Program-made: the position numbers and the translations under genes
Shown here: positions 13,316 through 27,399 of the stretch, piece by piece
How positions within the stretch are numbered: position 1 is the stretch's first letter
Layout of the letters: every line of letters starts with the position of its first letter
The notes under the pieces: generated by a model
What the model was told of the DNA's origin: nothing
Seen by the model: only the letters and a program-made list of their open reading frames with translations
Database searches by the model: none
Assembly: GCA_004431415.1 (NCBI GenBank)
Contig: QPMI01000161.1
Location: 1 to 64,000 of the forward strand
Reading direction: 5' to 3'
From: Cyanophora paradoxa CCMP329
Taxonomy: Eukaryota > Plantae > Glaucophyta
DNA: 64,000 bases

Positions 13316-15072
13316 CTAGAGGCGGGCGCGGGAGCGGTGGGCGGGGTCGCGGGGGGCGTGGGCGAGGAAGGCGGCGAGGACGGCGAGGCCGCGCCAGGCC
13401 TCCGGGAGGAACGGCACCAGCACGGGGAAGACGTGGAACATCCCCCGCCACACCTGCCGCCCCGCGCCCCGCCCGCGCCCCCGTCAGCCAGGCCTCGCGA
13501 GCCGGCGAGCTCACGCCTCGGCTTAGGCCTTGGGGGGCCGGCGCGCCTGCAGCTCGACCTGGACGCCTGCGTGCCGGGCGCGGGCCGTGAACGAGTCGGA
13601 GTCCCCGAGCAGGCACTGCGCATCAGCATTCCCCGAATCAGTGAGAGAGAGGCCGCTAGCGCCGCGGAGGGGACAGCGGCGCCGGCACCTCCTCGGACCC
13701 CACCATGACTAGGCAGGGGGGTAGGCCGTGCAGGGGCCGCGAGACGGCCGGCATGTCTTCGGGCGTGAAGGGACGCCCCAGGATCACGGGGGCGAGGTGC
13801 TTGGACATGACTGCGCGCGGGGGGCGGGGTTCAAAATTAAATCAGTGACTCAGTGATCATGAGGCCTTCGGAAGGGGACGAGGCTAGGCGGGCGGGCGGG
13901 GGGAGGGGGGGGGGGGGGGGGGGGGCCGGGCGGGCACCGGCGTCGATCATGGGGTCGCGGCGGTTCATCTCGGCGCTCCACGTGTCCCCCTCGCACCGGA
14001 AGTCGATCCACGGCGACAGCAGCGCCGCCCCTGCCCCGCCCCCGCGCCCGCGTCGGAGGGAGGAAGGCGCGGAGCTCGGGCGCGGGCGGACCGGCGGGGA
14101 GGGGTACGCCCTTGTCGCGCAAGAGGACGAGCAGGTGCGCTGCGAGGCCTGCGGGCGGTCGGAGGCGGGGACGGGGGCGGGGACAGGGGCGGGGGCGGGC
14201 GGGGCGGACCGGCGCCGGCGGAGTCGCCGGCGAAGAGGATGTCGGCGGGGGCGACGGCGGCGCCGGCGGGGTCGACGAGGTGCTCGTAGGCGCGCTCCGC
14301 GTCGTCCAGCTGCGCCGGCCACCGGTGCTCCGGCGCCCACCGGTAGTCCACCGCGAACACCCGCGCCCCCGCTGCCCGCCCCGGCCTGAGCCGCGTACCC
14401 CCCCACCGGCACACAAGTCGGGCGGGGTACCCTGCTGGGCGAGGTGCGCGAGGAAGAAGGCGTAGTCCTTGGGCCGGTTGGCGATGAGGCCGCCGCCGTG
14501 GAGGAAGAAGACGACGCGGCTGCCGTGGGGCCCCTTCGGGACGACCCACGTCGCGCCCCACGTCTCACAGGAGTCCCCCGCTGCAGGATCGAACTCGTAC
14601 TCCTGCGCAAGAGGCGGCGAGTGCGCGTTGGGTCAAGCCGGGGCCGGGCGCGCGCATGCACTCGCACGCACGGGATAAGGCTTGTGAACGATGAAGTCGC
14701 AGAGGGGCGGGGGCGCGGGCAGGAGCCAGCCGAGGGAGTGGAACTTGCGGCGGGCCTCGCGCCAGCTTCCCGCCGGGATCTTCACGAGCCAGAGCTGCCG
14801 AATGAAGGCCCGCGCCTGCAGGGAGAGCTCCAGCTCAACCTCGTCGCCGTGCTGCCGCCGCCCCCGGCCCCCCCGCGCGCGGGGCCGCCTCAGCGACGTC
14901 GCACGTGCCGGCGACGAAACGAGGCTACCTTTGCTATCGTCTCGCCGCGGCCGCGCTTCGGTTCACGGCCGGGCGCCGCCGTGGCCGTCCGGCGCCGCAC
15001 GAGGTCCAGCGCCGCCTCGAAGCCGGCAAAGCCGAACGTGATGAGCCGCAGCGCCACGAACAGCGCGTACAT
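13316..15072 (-). CDS. HSL-family alpha/beta hydrolase, copy 2
   Basis: Duplicate of 4258-5993. Confidence 0.88.
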
Positions 15073-15298
15073 GTCCGCCGAGGCGCTCGTTCGAGTCCAG
15101 CGCGCCGCCGGCCGCGAGCGACCGAGCGACCGCGAGTTGATCACTGCGGGCGGTTAGCTGGGTGCTGGGCTGCAAACGGAAGAGAAGAACCGGATCGCCC
15201 AGGCGTATGCTACGCACACCGGCGCAAGCACCAAGCAACAGGTCGATGCGCGGGGGTATAGCGCGCGCCGGCGTTGGACGGGTACATTCAGCCCAAAC

Positions 15299-16755
15299 AT
15301 GGCGACCCAGGCCCTCACCTCCCGCGAGGAGGACATCCAGAAGATGCTGGCTGCCCAGGTTCACCTGGGCACCAAGAACCTGGACTTCCAGATGGCTCGT
15401 TACGTCTGGAAGCGTCGCTCCGACGGTGCGATCCCGACCCTCGCGCCGCTTCCTCGGGGACAGCAGCCAGCCGAATTCGCTAGGATAGTGTTTTGCTAGC
15501 TTCTGCATCACGTAGCAGCGCACCGGCCAGCCCGTGCACGCGAGAGCGGCGATCGCATAGCGTGTTCGGGCTCCCGCCAGCCGCGCCGTCGCTGCGCGGA
15601 GCTTATGCGATGCTGTTCGAATGGTGCAGGTGTCCACATCATCAACATCGGCAAGACCTACGAGAAGCTGATGCTGGCGGCCCGCATCATCGTGGCCATC
15701 GAGAACCCGCAGGACGTCTGCGTGATCTCGGCCCGCCCCTACGGCCAGCGCGCGGTCCTCAAGTTCTCGCACTACACTGGCGCTCAGTGCATCGCCGGCC
15801 GCTACACCCCGGGCACTTTCACCAATCAGATCCAGGCCAAGTTCATGGAGCCGCGCCTCCTGATCGTGACCGACCCCCGCACCGACCTCCAGGTTTGTTT
15901 CTGTCGTCGAGCGGGCCCGCGCGGGAGGCGCAACGCCCGGGGCGCGCGGGAGATCAGCTTAAGACATGAGGATCTTCTTATCGCCCTGCTTTCTCACGGC
16001 GCTTTCTTTCGCCGCGCAGTCGATCCGCGAGTCGTCCTTCGCCAACATCCCGGTCATCGCTTTCTGCGACACTGACTCGCCCATCCGGTTTGCCCAGCAA
16101 CGCCCTCGCATCTGTCGCGCGCTCATGCGCTCGCTCTAGCTGGGTCGACCTCGCCATCCCGGCGAACAACAAGGGCAAGTACGCCATCGGCCTGCTCTAC
16201 CACCTCCTCGCCCGCGAGGTCCTCCGCCTCCGCGGTCCGCGCCACCGCCCTGCCGCTTTCCTTCCCCGCCGACGAGGCCCGCGCAGGCACCATCTCGCGC
16301 TCGCAGCCGTGGGACGTCATGGTCGACCTCTTCTTCTACCGCGAGCCCGAGGAGGCCGAGAAGGTCGAGGCCGAGAAGCTCGAGTTCCCGAGGAGGGTGC
16401 GCCGCCTCCGCTCACGCTCGCGCGCTCGCCTTCCCCTTGGGACCCGCATCCCCTTTTGCAGTGAAGCTGATGCGAATCGCGCAGGCTACCGCGCTCCGGC
16501 TGCCACCTCCTGGGACGGCGCCGCCGTTGCCGAGCCCACCGGCGAGTGGGGCGCGGCCGCTCCCACTGGTGAGTCTCGCCCCCTCGTCTCCTCTCGAGGC
16601 CCTCGTGATCGAATCGGCGCAACAGGCGAGTGGGGCGCTGCTGCTCCCACCGGCGAGTGGGGCGCTGAGGCCGCGGCTGCCCCGGCCGCCACCTGGACTC
16701 GGCTGCCGCCGCTCCGGGCTGGGACCAGGCTGCCGCCGTCCCCCAGTACCAGTAA
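15299..16755 (+). CDS. RPSA: 40S ribosomal protein SA (uS2), copy 2
   Basis: Duplicate of 6220-7680 with a few single-base indels. Confidence 0.95.
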
Positions 16756-17267
16756 TTGCACTTCTCTGGAGTGTCCCTCGCGCAGACTGGGCGCCATCAT
16801 CCATAGATGCAGATCGGTCCCCACGGACCCCTGCAGCTTCCACATCCAGTGCAGTGCCTTCAAGGGCTGTGTTCGAATCAATGGGCTGATTCTCTTCGAT
16901 CCGCGTATCACTCCATCCCCGCGTCCCGGCACAGGCCCACAGCACATGCCGCAGTGCCTATCAAGATCTGTAGATCCACTCCCTCCGATCCGCCACTCCT
17001 GCGCATGCAATCCCAGAGCTTCGAAAGGCAGACGCGTACGGGGCCCCCGCGGCCTAGCTTGAGCCTCGACTGCACATTCACCGGTACCAGGCCCTTCAGC
17101 TGCGGGGCAGCTTGCGGGGAGCCGGAGCCATGGGGGATGCGCCTTGATCCCTGAATTTAAATGCAACCAAGATAGAAAAGCGAGGTGCAAGGCGTGGCAT
17201 CGGCGCGTCTGCACCAACAACGCAGACAATACGCCCACGAGAAAAACGCGCAAAGTTTTGAATGATA

Positions 17268-18862
17268 CTATTTGGAAACTACTGTATAGCTACATGCCAA
17301 AAAAGAAGTGAAGATGCGGGTAGAAAGAGCAGGGTTGTCCACGACCCGTTGCAAGCGGGTGTGTCGATGGCCGGGGTGGCCGGCGCGGAGCTGGGGGAAA
17401 GTTGGAGTTCGGCAGCTGGCGGAGTGGCGGGCAGAGGGGGCGAACGCCGACACGAAGCCGGGGGCGGGCGCAAATGTTGCTGCCGTGGAGGCGGGGGCGC
17501 CAGAGTTGCCTTTTCACGCCTGCTGAGACGGAGAGGCGGTGGTCTCCTGGACGGCGGGAAACGATGCAGCGGAAGTTGGCGGCGCGGGGTGCGCGGCGGC
17601 GTGCGATTCGGCGGGCTGCGCAGCGGCAGGCTGGGGCGCGACAGGCTGCGGGGAGGCCGGCTGCGGGACGGCCGGCTGGGGCGCGACAGGCTGCAGGGAC
17701 GCCGGCTGCGGGTCCGGCTGGGGGGTAACGGGCCGCGGGGCGGCCGGCTGGGGCGCGACAGGCTGCGGGGGGGCAGGCTGCGGCACGACAGGCTGCGGGG
17801 ACGCCGGCTGCGGGACGGCCGGCTGGGAGGCAACGGGCTGCGGGCGGCATGCTGAAGCGCGACAGGCTGCGGGGACGCCGGCTGCGGGACGGCCAGCTGG
17901 GGGCAACGGGCTGCGGGGCGGCCGGCTGGGCGCGACAGGCTGCGGGGAGGCCGGCGGCGGTGCGAGGGGCCGCGGAACGGTGTGCTGTGCGGCGAAGGGA
18001 TGCGCGGCGAAAGGCTGTGGGGAGAAGGGCGGAACGGCGGCTGTCTGCGGAGCGGCTGGCTGCGGGCCGCGGGCTGCTGAAGGGCCGCAGAAAGGGGAGC
18101 GGGGTAATGGCCGGCGGGATATGTGGCAGAGGGTTGCAGGGGAGTAGGGTATAGGGAGGCAGGGTGCGTGGCGGCGGGAGGCAAAGCGGCGGGCTGCTGG
18201 ACGGCGGGTTGGGCTCCAGAAAGCCGCTGGCGCTTGTACCAGCGCTGCCGCGCCTTCTCCAATACCTCCTCCTTCTTCTGGATGGCCTCCGGATCGCCCT
18301 TCGCCACCTGCAGCTCAAGGTGCTGCCGCAGTTTCCGCATCCGCGCCTTGGCCGCCGCTCGCCTGGCCTCCTGTTTCGCCGGCCGCGTGGCCTCCCGCTC
18401 AGCCGCCCGTTCTGCCGCACGCGCGGCACGGGCCGCCTTCTTGTCTGAGCGCCCCTTTGCCTGCCGCGCCGCCTCGTCCGCGGTCTGAGGCATAGCCGCG
18501 GTGGTTGAGTTCCCCTCCTCGCTGCTAGTCAGTGTCGGAATACATTGCGCTGCCGCTGCTGAGCTTGATGATGCAGAATTCACGAATTGCATCGGCCGGA
18601 ACGCTTCCTTCTTTGCTTGCTCGTCCGCCCGCGCCGCGCGAGCCCTCTCACGCTTCCCGGACAGCCGCTGCCGCGCCTCCGCTCGTGCCGAACGTGCCGC
18701 AGCCTGTCGCTGCTCTTCCGTTTGCGGCTGCTGTTCCTCCGTTTGCGGCCGCTCCCACTCTGCTGTCGGTGCAATGGTCGAAGTCCCGTCCTCGGCGGCG
18801 CCGCGCGGCAGCACAGAAACGTAGATTTCCGCTGTTTTGCTTGTTGCGCCCTCGTCCGCCAT
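17268..18862 (-). CDS. Hypothetical Pro/Gln-repeat protein, copy 2
   Basis: ORF 17279-18862 MADEGATSK..; duplicate of 8193-9790. Confidence 0.55.
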
Positions 18863-19629
18863 CCGCCAGCTCTGGGCGAGGCCGAAATCCTAGGGAACGG
18901 CCGCGCGGCCGGAACTTCGAGAAAGACGAGAACAAAGTCGGGGGGTAGTAAGCTCACTTCGTTCGTCGAGACCAGTCTTTCAAATATGCGTACTTCTTAC
19001 GCGCTGGCTGGCGCATCTGGATTGCGCAACCCCTGTGTCTACGAGCGCCCGGGTTCGTTCTGGCACCGCGCTGTGCCCGCGCGCCGTCCCGGCGCAAGCG
19101 CCGCATTTGTTTGTTTGCGCCGTCGGGCCGCCGATTCGAGCGCGCCGGGCCTAGCGCGGTGCTAGCGTGATCTGCAGGACTGCATGATTGCTTCCTGGGC
19201 GGTTGCACCGCGCGCCGTGTCGCGATGACCACCTCCCCTCTCCCCAGCCGTGCTGCGCGGTTGCGGCCTCTGCTGGCGCTTATGCGGGGCTGCTAGGCCA
19301 ACCGAGACGCGTCTTCATGTATTTCTGACGGTTCCTGCGCAGCGGCTCAATTCTTTTTCGACGCGTCCGAAATCTGGTACAGCCACTGGTCAGCGCCAAT
19401 GACGCATCACAACGCACACGGTGAGTCGTTCTGGCGCTGTCTGGCATCCATTTCCTAATCCAGCGGGGCTGCGTCCGGGCCAGAGCCCGACACTCCGCCG
19501 GCATCCGGCCCCGTCTCGGCGGACAGGCCCCAGGCGCCGCTGGACCGCGACGCTCTCCTTGCAGAAATCCTCTCGTGCGCAAGTTTGACGTATTCCTCTT
19601 CTCCCAGTTGGTCTCCGCTCATTCGCTCC

Positions 19630-21420
19630 ATGCATGTGGTCGGGCCTCAGGTTGCCCCGCTGGAAGAAAAATCGTGCGCGCCCGCTATTTCCACCAAAAC
19701 CCCTTCTGAAGCAGTCGCTAACCTTCTTTCGACGAGCAGGGACGTACTACATGAAGGTGACAGCGCACCGTCGCCCGCGCTGCTCGGCGACGCGAACGCT
19801 CGCTCACATAACCGCGCGATCAAATCTTCCGCAGAAGTATAACCTCACGCAGGTGAGCGCCTTAGCGCGGGCTCCTCTCGCTCGCGCCTCTCCGACTCAC
19901 GTCGCGGCAGCTGGAGAGTTTGAGTGACGACCAGCTGCGGGACCTGGCCAAGCGCCTGTCTCTCGTCGAGATCCCCATCGTCGGTGGCGAGAGCGGTGCT
20001 TATCTGCGCCGTGCCCGTTTCGCTACCGCTGCGCTGTAGCCGCTGACTGCGCGCAGAGGAGGTGATGAGCGACAGGACGAACGCCACGCGGCGGCGCGGG
20101 TCTGAGGACCTGGCGATGTGGGCCGGCACCGGGACGACCCCAAGCACGCGCACGCGCCACGCCTCTGGCCGGCCCTCCGAGACCACCGCGAAGAGTGCGC
20201 CCGGATCCCGCACACTTCCTTCCTCTTCCCTCCGCCCGCTCAGCTCCCCGCGCCAGAGAGCCGGCGAACGCCGCTGGATCTGCTCACGCAGGTGGCCGAC
20301 GAGGCGCTCGAGCGGCTGCAGCAGGAGGAGATGGAGGTCCACCGCACCGGCGCCGCGTCCGTGCCTCGCCGCCTCTTCGCTGCACCGAGCGCTGCGCTGA
20401 GCGCGCGTGCGCAGGGAGGGCCCCCCGTCGTCGGCAGACTCGACCATGACGGAGGCGTCTCCGCTGGAGGCGAGCAGCCCGCAGCACAGCGACCGCGAGG
20501 GGGCCGCCGGCAACAGCCCGCCCTACACGCCCGACGGCCGCCCCGCCCGCGCGCCCTCTCCGGGCCGCACCGGCACGCTCACCGCGCGGGCCCTCCGGAT
20601 GCGCGGCGAGGCCGAGGCGTGCCGCCCGCGCTGGAAGGCAGAGCCGCGCCGTGCGCACGGCCCCGCCCTCCCGATGGGAAGCGCGGTGGCCGACGCCACG
20701 CGCAGAGAGCACACGGCGGCTCTTCGACGGGGGCGACGCCGAGAGCGAGAGCGGGTCGGACGGCTCGCCCCACGGCGACCACGCCGGCGCCTTCGGTGCG
20801 CCCGCGCCTCGACCCGCCCGCGGGGCCGACGTGAGGGGATCGCCGGGGCGCGTGGGTGCGTGCAGGCGCAGAGCGGCGGGGCTCGGTGGTGAGCCTCGCG
20901 AGCGCGGCGTCGGGCGGCTCGCCGGGGGTCACCGCCGCCGGCGACGGCGGCCTCCGCTGGAAGCGTGCGCCCCGCCCGCCCCGCCCCCGCCCCGAGCGCG
21001 TGCTCGCCGGCCGGCCTCAGCGCCCCCGCAGTCTTCCACGAGCCGGCGTTCCAGTGCCGCAAGGAGGTCGGCGAGCGCGCGCACGTCGGTGTTTATCTCA
21101 GCGTGACGCCTCGGCGCAGGAGTTCCTCGGCCCGCTGCGCTGGGGCGCCGGCGACTCGGACCGCGCCGCCTTCGAGCGGGCCGACCTCCAGACGCGCATG
21201 ACCTGGGCCCGCCTCCTCCGCCTCCCGCTCCCCGCCTTCTTCGACATGTGCGGCCCGCCCTTCTTCGCTCTGCCTTGCCTTCTCCTCAGCCCGCCTCCAT
21301 TCGAGTCCAACTCTGCGCAGGTACCTGGTGGAGGGGGCGGCGGGCGCGGACCCCTCCCTCGTAGCGGCCGCCTCCCTCGCCGCAGACGGGCGCGGCGGGG
21401 CCCTCCTCGGCGCCCCCGGC
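19630..21420 (+). CDS. Hypothetical multi-exon gene, copy 2
   Basis: Duplicate of ~10559-12350. Confidence 0.4.
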
Positions 21421-22974
21421 CCCGGCCCCCGCGCAACGCTCCCCGAGCCCGCCCGTCGAGTGCTGAGCCCGCTCCCCTCGAATCGCTCGACGCTCGACCC
21501 TCTTTTTCTGCCGCCGCCTTTCTCACACATGTACAGCCTGTTTACAGCGAAGCAGCCAGTGTATAGGTCTGCAGCGAGCCGCTGCGTGCAGCTTCTTATT
21601 CGCCTTTTGTGGGCAGGTCCCGCGACCTCCATGCATATGCGACCTGTACGTGTACAGCCCCTGATTCGGAGTGTGCTTGCAATCGTTCATTGTGGTCAGC
21701 ATGCTTCAATATGTCTGCGAGCTCTGTAACTATCTATATCGATATCCATCAATTCAATTGAAGCATCAATCTCGATCATCGCGCCGCGAAAAGCTACTCG
21801 AGCACGAAAAGCGTCGCTGGCCATGGGCTATCCAAACTCGAAATCAAGCGGAGCTCGATCCAGAATTCGAATTCGAAGGCGGAGACGGGTTGCTGTCCGA
21901 GGACGAGGACGAGGAGGAGGAGGAGGAGGCGGCGGGGGCGGGCGGGGAGGCGCTCGCGCTCTCCGGGGACGCCGGCGGGCTCGTCGGCTGAGCCTGGGCC
22001 TGGCCCGGGACCTGCGCCAGGTCCCCCGTGCGGGTCCGCCAGCGCGCCCTCCGCTCCCGCGCCGCTGCGATCTGCTCCGCACTCGGCGTCGGCAGCTTCT
22101 TCATCCGCAGGTCCATCAGCGAGGGCGCCGCCCGCGGCGCCTGCTTGGCCGAGGCGCCGCCGTCCGGCGCGTACCGCCCCAAGTGCAGGTCCCTGCGGCG
22201 CCGCGAGAATGAGAAGGGCGCGCGCGTCCGGCGTCTACATAAGCGATGCGCCCGCCCGTATAAGCGGCGCGCACCGGTTGGAGCCGCCGCGTTTGAGCGT
22301 CCCGCCGCCCTCGGGCCGTCGGGGCGGCTTGGGCGGCCGCAGTATGCCCATGAGCTTCGAGAAGAGGTAGCCGAGGACGAATGGAATAAGGAATGCAACC
22401 ACGCGGCCGACGACTCCCAAGCCCGAGAACAGCCCGAAGTGCTTCGGCGGCGCTGCCCCCGGCGCGGCGTTGACGGTCTGAACAGCGCGGGGCGCGGGCG
22501 CCGTGTGTTGTTCGGCACGACGCCGCGGGGCCCATGTATGCCGCGCTTGCCGCTCGTGGGACGTGTGTGACGTCCTGCGATGCTGCGTGCTCTGCGCGGG
22601 GGCGCTCGCCACGCGCCTCCGCCGCGCTTTCGGCTTAGGAGCAGGCGGCGCGTCCGCGACTTCGGCTGGAGCTGCAGATGAGCCGTCTTCGCCCTCTTGC
22701 CTAATGTCCGGAACGACCGGCGGCCGCTGAGGCGCAGGGGCTGCGGCGCGCGGGAACGCAACGCCGCCGAAGAAGGCGTTTCCCCTCAGCCAGTCGGACG
22801 ATTTTAAAGATACGCTCTGCTGATGCCGATCGACTGCAAAGACCCGCTGGCGAATTCCGTCCGGCCGCGCCGCCCGAACGCTCGGCCGCGACGCGGCCGC
22901 TCCGTGGGCCGCGATAGGGGATCGCCTCCACGCGAGCTCAGGGACCCACAGCCTTGCCGGCGGGGCCGAGAGAG

Positions 22975-25900
22975 ATGGCGCGAAGAGGGCGCTCATTTTG
23001 GGGGGTACAAGGAGGAGGGAGCGCGAAGAACGACATACGTATACCGGTCTCGGCCGGCCTGGCGAACCAGTGGCGACCATGCCGGACGTCGGGAGAAACG
23101 ATGGGGGCATTATCTGGGTCGTGACGATCAACTCAACCATCTTCACAATTGGTGCTCTTGCGCTTCGCCGCTCTATGCTGACCGCACTGACGCGTACGCA
23201 TCAGTGCTCGCGTCGTTTATGTTTTACCTTGTATGGCCCCGGCGGCATGAGCTCTTCGTGGGCCAGACGCTCTGGTCGAAACTCGGCCGAGGCGTCAGCA
23301 CCATGCTCTCCAAGCTCGAGGCATTCGTGTCTGTCAGCGACCTCGAGATTAACCGCGTGGCAGGTGCGGGTGCCACAGGCCACGCGTGCCCTTCCGGTTG
23401 AAACCCGGGCGCCGCCGCCCCTTGGGGTCTAGATGCGGCTGCGCCGCGCGCGTGCCGGCTCTCAAGCGCGCTCGCAGGCGAGGATGCGGTGCTCTTCCTT
23501 CGTCTCCAGCGGATGTTCATCGCGTTTTTCGCGATGACTTCCGTGCTGGGCCTGACCATCATCCTGCCTGTCCGCGCGGCCTGCCAGACTCCCATCGTCT
23601 CCCCTCACCCGGCTGCAGATCAACATCACCCAGGGGACGTCCCGCAGCGGGTACCAGATTACAACCGTGCAGAACATACAGAACAGCGACATTGTCTGGT
23701 GCGGCGGGGCCGGCGCCTACCCCCCTTCCGCCGCACCGCCCGCGACGACGCAGTTCGCAGGGTACACGCGCTGATGGCCTTCGTCTTCTCGATGGCGGTG
23801 TACGCCCTCCTTGCGCAGTACGCGCGCGTGGCCCGCCGCTCCCTCCACGCAACGGGCCACGACCAGCGCGGCGCCTCCTCCGCCTCCGTCGGCAAGCACT
23901 CCGTGCGTTCGGCGGCCCTTCTTTTCCAGCGCGTACCAACGCGTATTCCCCAGGTGATGATCAAGAGCGTACCCCGGAACTTCCTGAACGACGAGGCGAT
24001 GTACGCGTTCTACGATTCGGCGTACCGCGGGCAGGTGGTGCAGGCGAGCATCGTGCCGGAGCTGTCGGAGCTGCAGGCGCTGCAGAGCGCGCGGGCGTCG
24101 GTGCTGGACCGGCTCGACTTCTTCTCGGGGCAGCTGCTCGACGAGGTCGCCATGGGCGACGACGACCACGACGACCACTGGCACCCGGCGGCGCGGGCCG
24201 ACGCCCCGCCCTCCGCCTCCCTCCAGCTCCGCACCCGCTGCCTCCTCCGCTGGATCCGGCGGGCGCTGCGGCCCCTCACGGCCCACGAGCGCGTCCAGCG
24301 GCTGCAGGCGGACCTCGCCGCCATCGACGAGAAGATCTGCCGCCTCGCGCGCCGCCCGCCCGTCGGCACCGGCGTCGCCTTCGTCACCTTCCGCTCCGCC
24401 CGCACCGCCCGCGAGTGCATCGCCAAGTGCGCCCCGCGCCGCCCCCGGACTCCCTGCCCCCCTCCTTCCTTTCTTCCTACTCTGCCCTCTACCCCCGCCC
24501 ACCTTAGTCCCACCTTAGTCCTTCCCGCCCCCCCGCTGCGCCGCGGGCCGTCGTCCCCCGGCCGCGCAGCTTAGGCGCTCGGTGGGGCAGGGAGATCGGG
24601 GCGGGGCGCGGGTGGCGGCCGGCGGCGGCGCCCGAGCCGAGCGACGTGGTGTGGGAGAACCTGGGCGTCTCCTCCCACGAGCGCCACCTCCGCATCCTCG
24701 TCATCAACGGTGCCTGCCGGGGAGGCAGACGAGGGGAGAGGGCGGGAGAGGGGGCTCACGGGCTGACGTGCTCGCCCCTGGGGGCAGGGCTGCTGCTGGT
24801 GACGATCTTCGTGTGGACGTCGCCGGTGGCGATCCTCTCCGACATCCAGCGGGTGACCGGCGACGAGACCTCCACCATCTGGTCCCGCATCCAGCAGGCC
24901 CGCCCCGGCGCCCCGGCGCCCCTCGACCCAGAGCTACATCCCCGGCCCCCCACGCCCCAGAGACTTCGAGCATGCAGGGCCTGCGGGGGCCCCTCTTAAG
25001 CCCTTCTAGACCTCCGTCAAACCTAGGAGCCCCTCTAGGTATCATATCTGGGTCGAGTGATGTGAGGGGGGCGGGGGCAGGGGCTGCGGGGGGCGGTCTC
25101 GGGGGCGACGCTGGACCTGGCGGCGGCCTACCTCCCCTCCGTCTTCCTCCTCGCCATCTTCTGGCTCTTCCTCTACGTCCTCGAGGGTCCGCCCCGCACG
25201 CCCCCGGCCCCCCGCACCCCCTCTCCTCGCCCCTCCCTCCCCGACCTTCCCTCCCTCCCCGGCAGAGTCGGCGCGGTACGAGGGCCAGTTCACGAAGAGC
25301 CGCATTCACCGCTCCATCATGCACAAGGTTCGCCCCGCATCCCTGCGCCCCCTCCCTCCCCGCACCCCCGCGCGCTCTCTCCGCCTGGGGCGGCCACGAG
25401 AACGCCTCGCTTCCCCGTGGGCACCCCCCTGACGCGGGCCGGGCGGGCGGGGGCCAGAGCTTCGTGTACCTGGTGCTGAACACGCTGATCATGCCGGCGC
25501 TGGTGATGACCTCCCTCAACTCCCTCGTCACCCGCGGCTCCGACCTCCTCGACACCCTCGGCCGCATGTTCATCGTCAACAGCGGGTGCCCCCGGGACAC
25601 GAGATGCTGATAGACAACACGAGACCCACTAGCCCCTTTGCGCGCAACGCAGCATCCTCGAGGAGGCTGAGCCGCACGCCGCGCAGGGCCCTCTTCATCT
25701 CGTACATCATCCAGGCGGCGCTGCTGGGCGGGTCGATGGAGCTGAGCCGCTTCGGGGAGATGGTCGGTCGCTCCTTCCTCCTCTGGCGCGCCGTCACCCC
25801 CGAGGAGCGCGCCGCCGCCGTCCAGGTGCCCCAGCTAGCGCCCCACGCGCTCTCCCCGCCTCCGCTGCCTGTGACCGTTCCCCTCGCCCCTTCGTTCCGT

Positions 25901-26319
25901 CCCTCCCGGCAGCCCTGGCCCTTCGAGTTCGGGCGCTACTACGCGCAGACGCTCTCGATTTTTGCCACCGCCCTCGCGTACAGCACGGTCTGGCTCCCCC
26001 AGGCCGCTGCGGTGCGGGGGTGACGCAGTGGCGGGTGCGGGGCGGGGGCAGATGGTGCCGCTGGTGAACGTGGCGGCGCTGCTCTACTTCACGGTGCGGC
26101 ACCACGTCGACAAGTACAACCTCCTCCACGTCCGCCCCGTCGTGCGCCCCCCGCTCTCCTTCCCCCTCCCCGCCCTCCCGCCCGCATCCCATGTGCCCCA
26201 GGACTACCACGGGGGCCACGCCGTCTTCGCGACCCACGTCACGCAGTCCATCACCGCCAGCCTCCTCGTCTACCAGGCGAGCGCGCCTCTCCCGTCCCAC
26301 CCTAGAGCCCCTCCCGCCG

Positions 26320-26371
<52 letters not shown>

Positions 26372-27134
26372 CCCCGCACTCTTCTACTGGCGCACCGCCC
26401 TCATCGTCGTCCCGTCTGACCGCGCCGCCCTGGCGCGGGGCGGGGCAGGCGAGCATGGCGGGCTTCTTCTCGCTGAAGCAGCGCCTCCTCCCCGCCATGT
26501 CCCTCTTCGCCCTCCTCACCGCCTCGGGGGCCCTCCTCGTCGCCCGCTTCGACTGCTGGCGCCTCGTCGGCGAGCTCCTCGGCCCCCGCGCGCTCCTCAG
26601 GCGCCGCCGCCTCCCGCTGGAGGGCCTCTTCGGCTCCGAGGCCGACGACGGCGGGCCCTTCGGCCTCGTCGAGGACGAGGAGGAGGCGGGCAAGGGGGGG
26701 GCCCAGGCCGAGGCCGAGGGCGACGAGGAGGCGGGCGAGCGCGAGGGGCTCCTCGCCGCCCACAAGCGCGAGCAGCAGAGGCAGCGCCCCGCGGGGACGC
26801 CCCGCCCGCCCTCCCGCCCCGACGGGCCCCGCAGCCCCTCGCCCTCGTCGTCCCCCCCCTTCGCCCCCGCCGCCGTGCGCTCGTCTTGCGTGCTTTGCAC
26901 TACCCCTGACCCCCCGCGCAGCTACGGGACGGGTACGTGCACCCCGTGGTGAAGGCGAGCCGCGAGACGGCGGGGGGCCTGCCGGGGCGCCCCAAGCCGC
27001 TTCCGGTGCCCCTCGACCCGGTCCTCTTCGGCTCCCTGGCGACGGGCGGTCACGCCGGCCCCGCCGCCCAATCGAGCCCCGCCACGCCCGCCAACGACCC
27101 CACTCCGATCGCCGGTTCCCTTCCCAACTCCTAG
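22975..27134 (+). CDS. OSCA/TMEM63 (CSC1-like) mechanosensitive channel, multi-exon
   Basis: GEDAVLFLRLQRMFIAFF..IILP, VMIKSVP, GTGVAFVTFRS, APEPSDVVWENLG, FVYLVLNTLIMP, PFEFGRYYAQTLSIF, HHVDKYNLLH; many hydrophobic exons. Start codon uncertain. Confidence 0.88.
26320..26370. repeat. Intronic poly(C) tract (~50 nt)
   Basis: Direct reading. Confidence 0.9.
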
Positions 27135-27399
27135 CTCTGCTGCCTCGCTTATCTCATTGGAAGGGAGCGACTGCCTGGCTGACCTGAGCTGTCGCCTGAC
27201 TCGACTGCCTGACCTGACTGCCTGCCTGCCTGCCTGGACTTCTCTGCTCTCTCATAGCGCTAGTCCCTAGGCATGAGCCTAGCGTGCGTTGGGCCGCAGC
27301 GGGACTCCCGCGTCCCCTGCCGGGCCTACCGCGCCGGGGGGCTGAACCGGGACGCCCCCTGCGGGGTACCGCGGCCTGTCCCCTCGCTGTCCATGGGGG

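Larger units (their letters stand above)
12772..21840. repeat. ~9.07-kb tandem duplication, copy 2
   Basis: Near-identical to 3715-12771; junction TCG-A-CATG with 1-nt microhomology. Confidence 0.95.

Noticed and set aside
21823-22570. Possible gene at the duplication breakpoint (acidic stretch, basic ORF)
   Set aside because: No consistent frame, splice pattern or family motif could be established.
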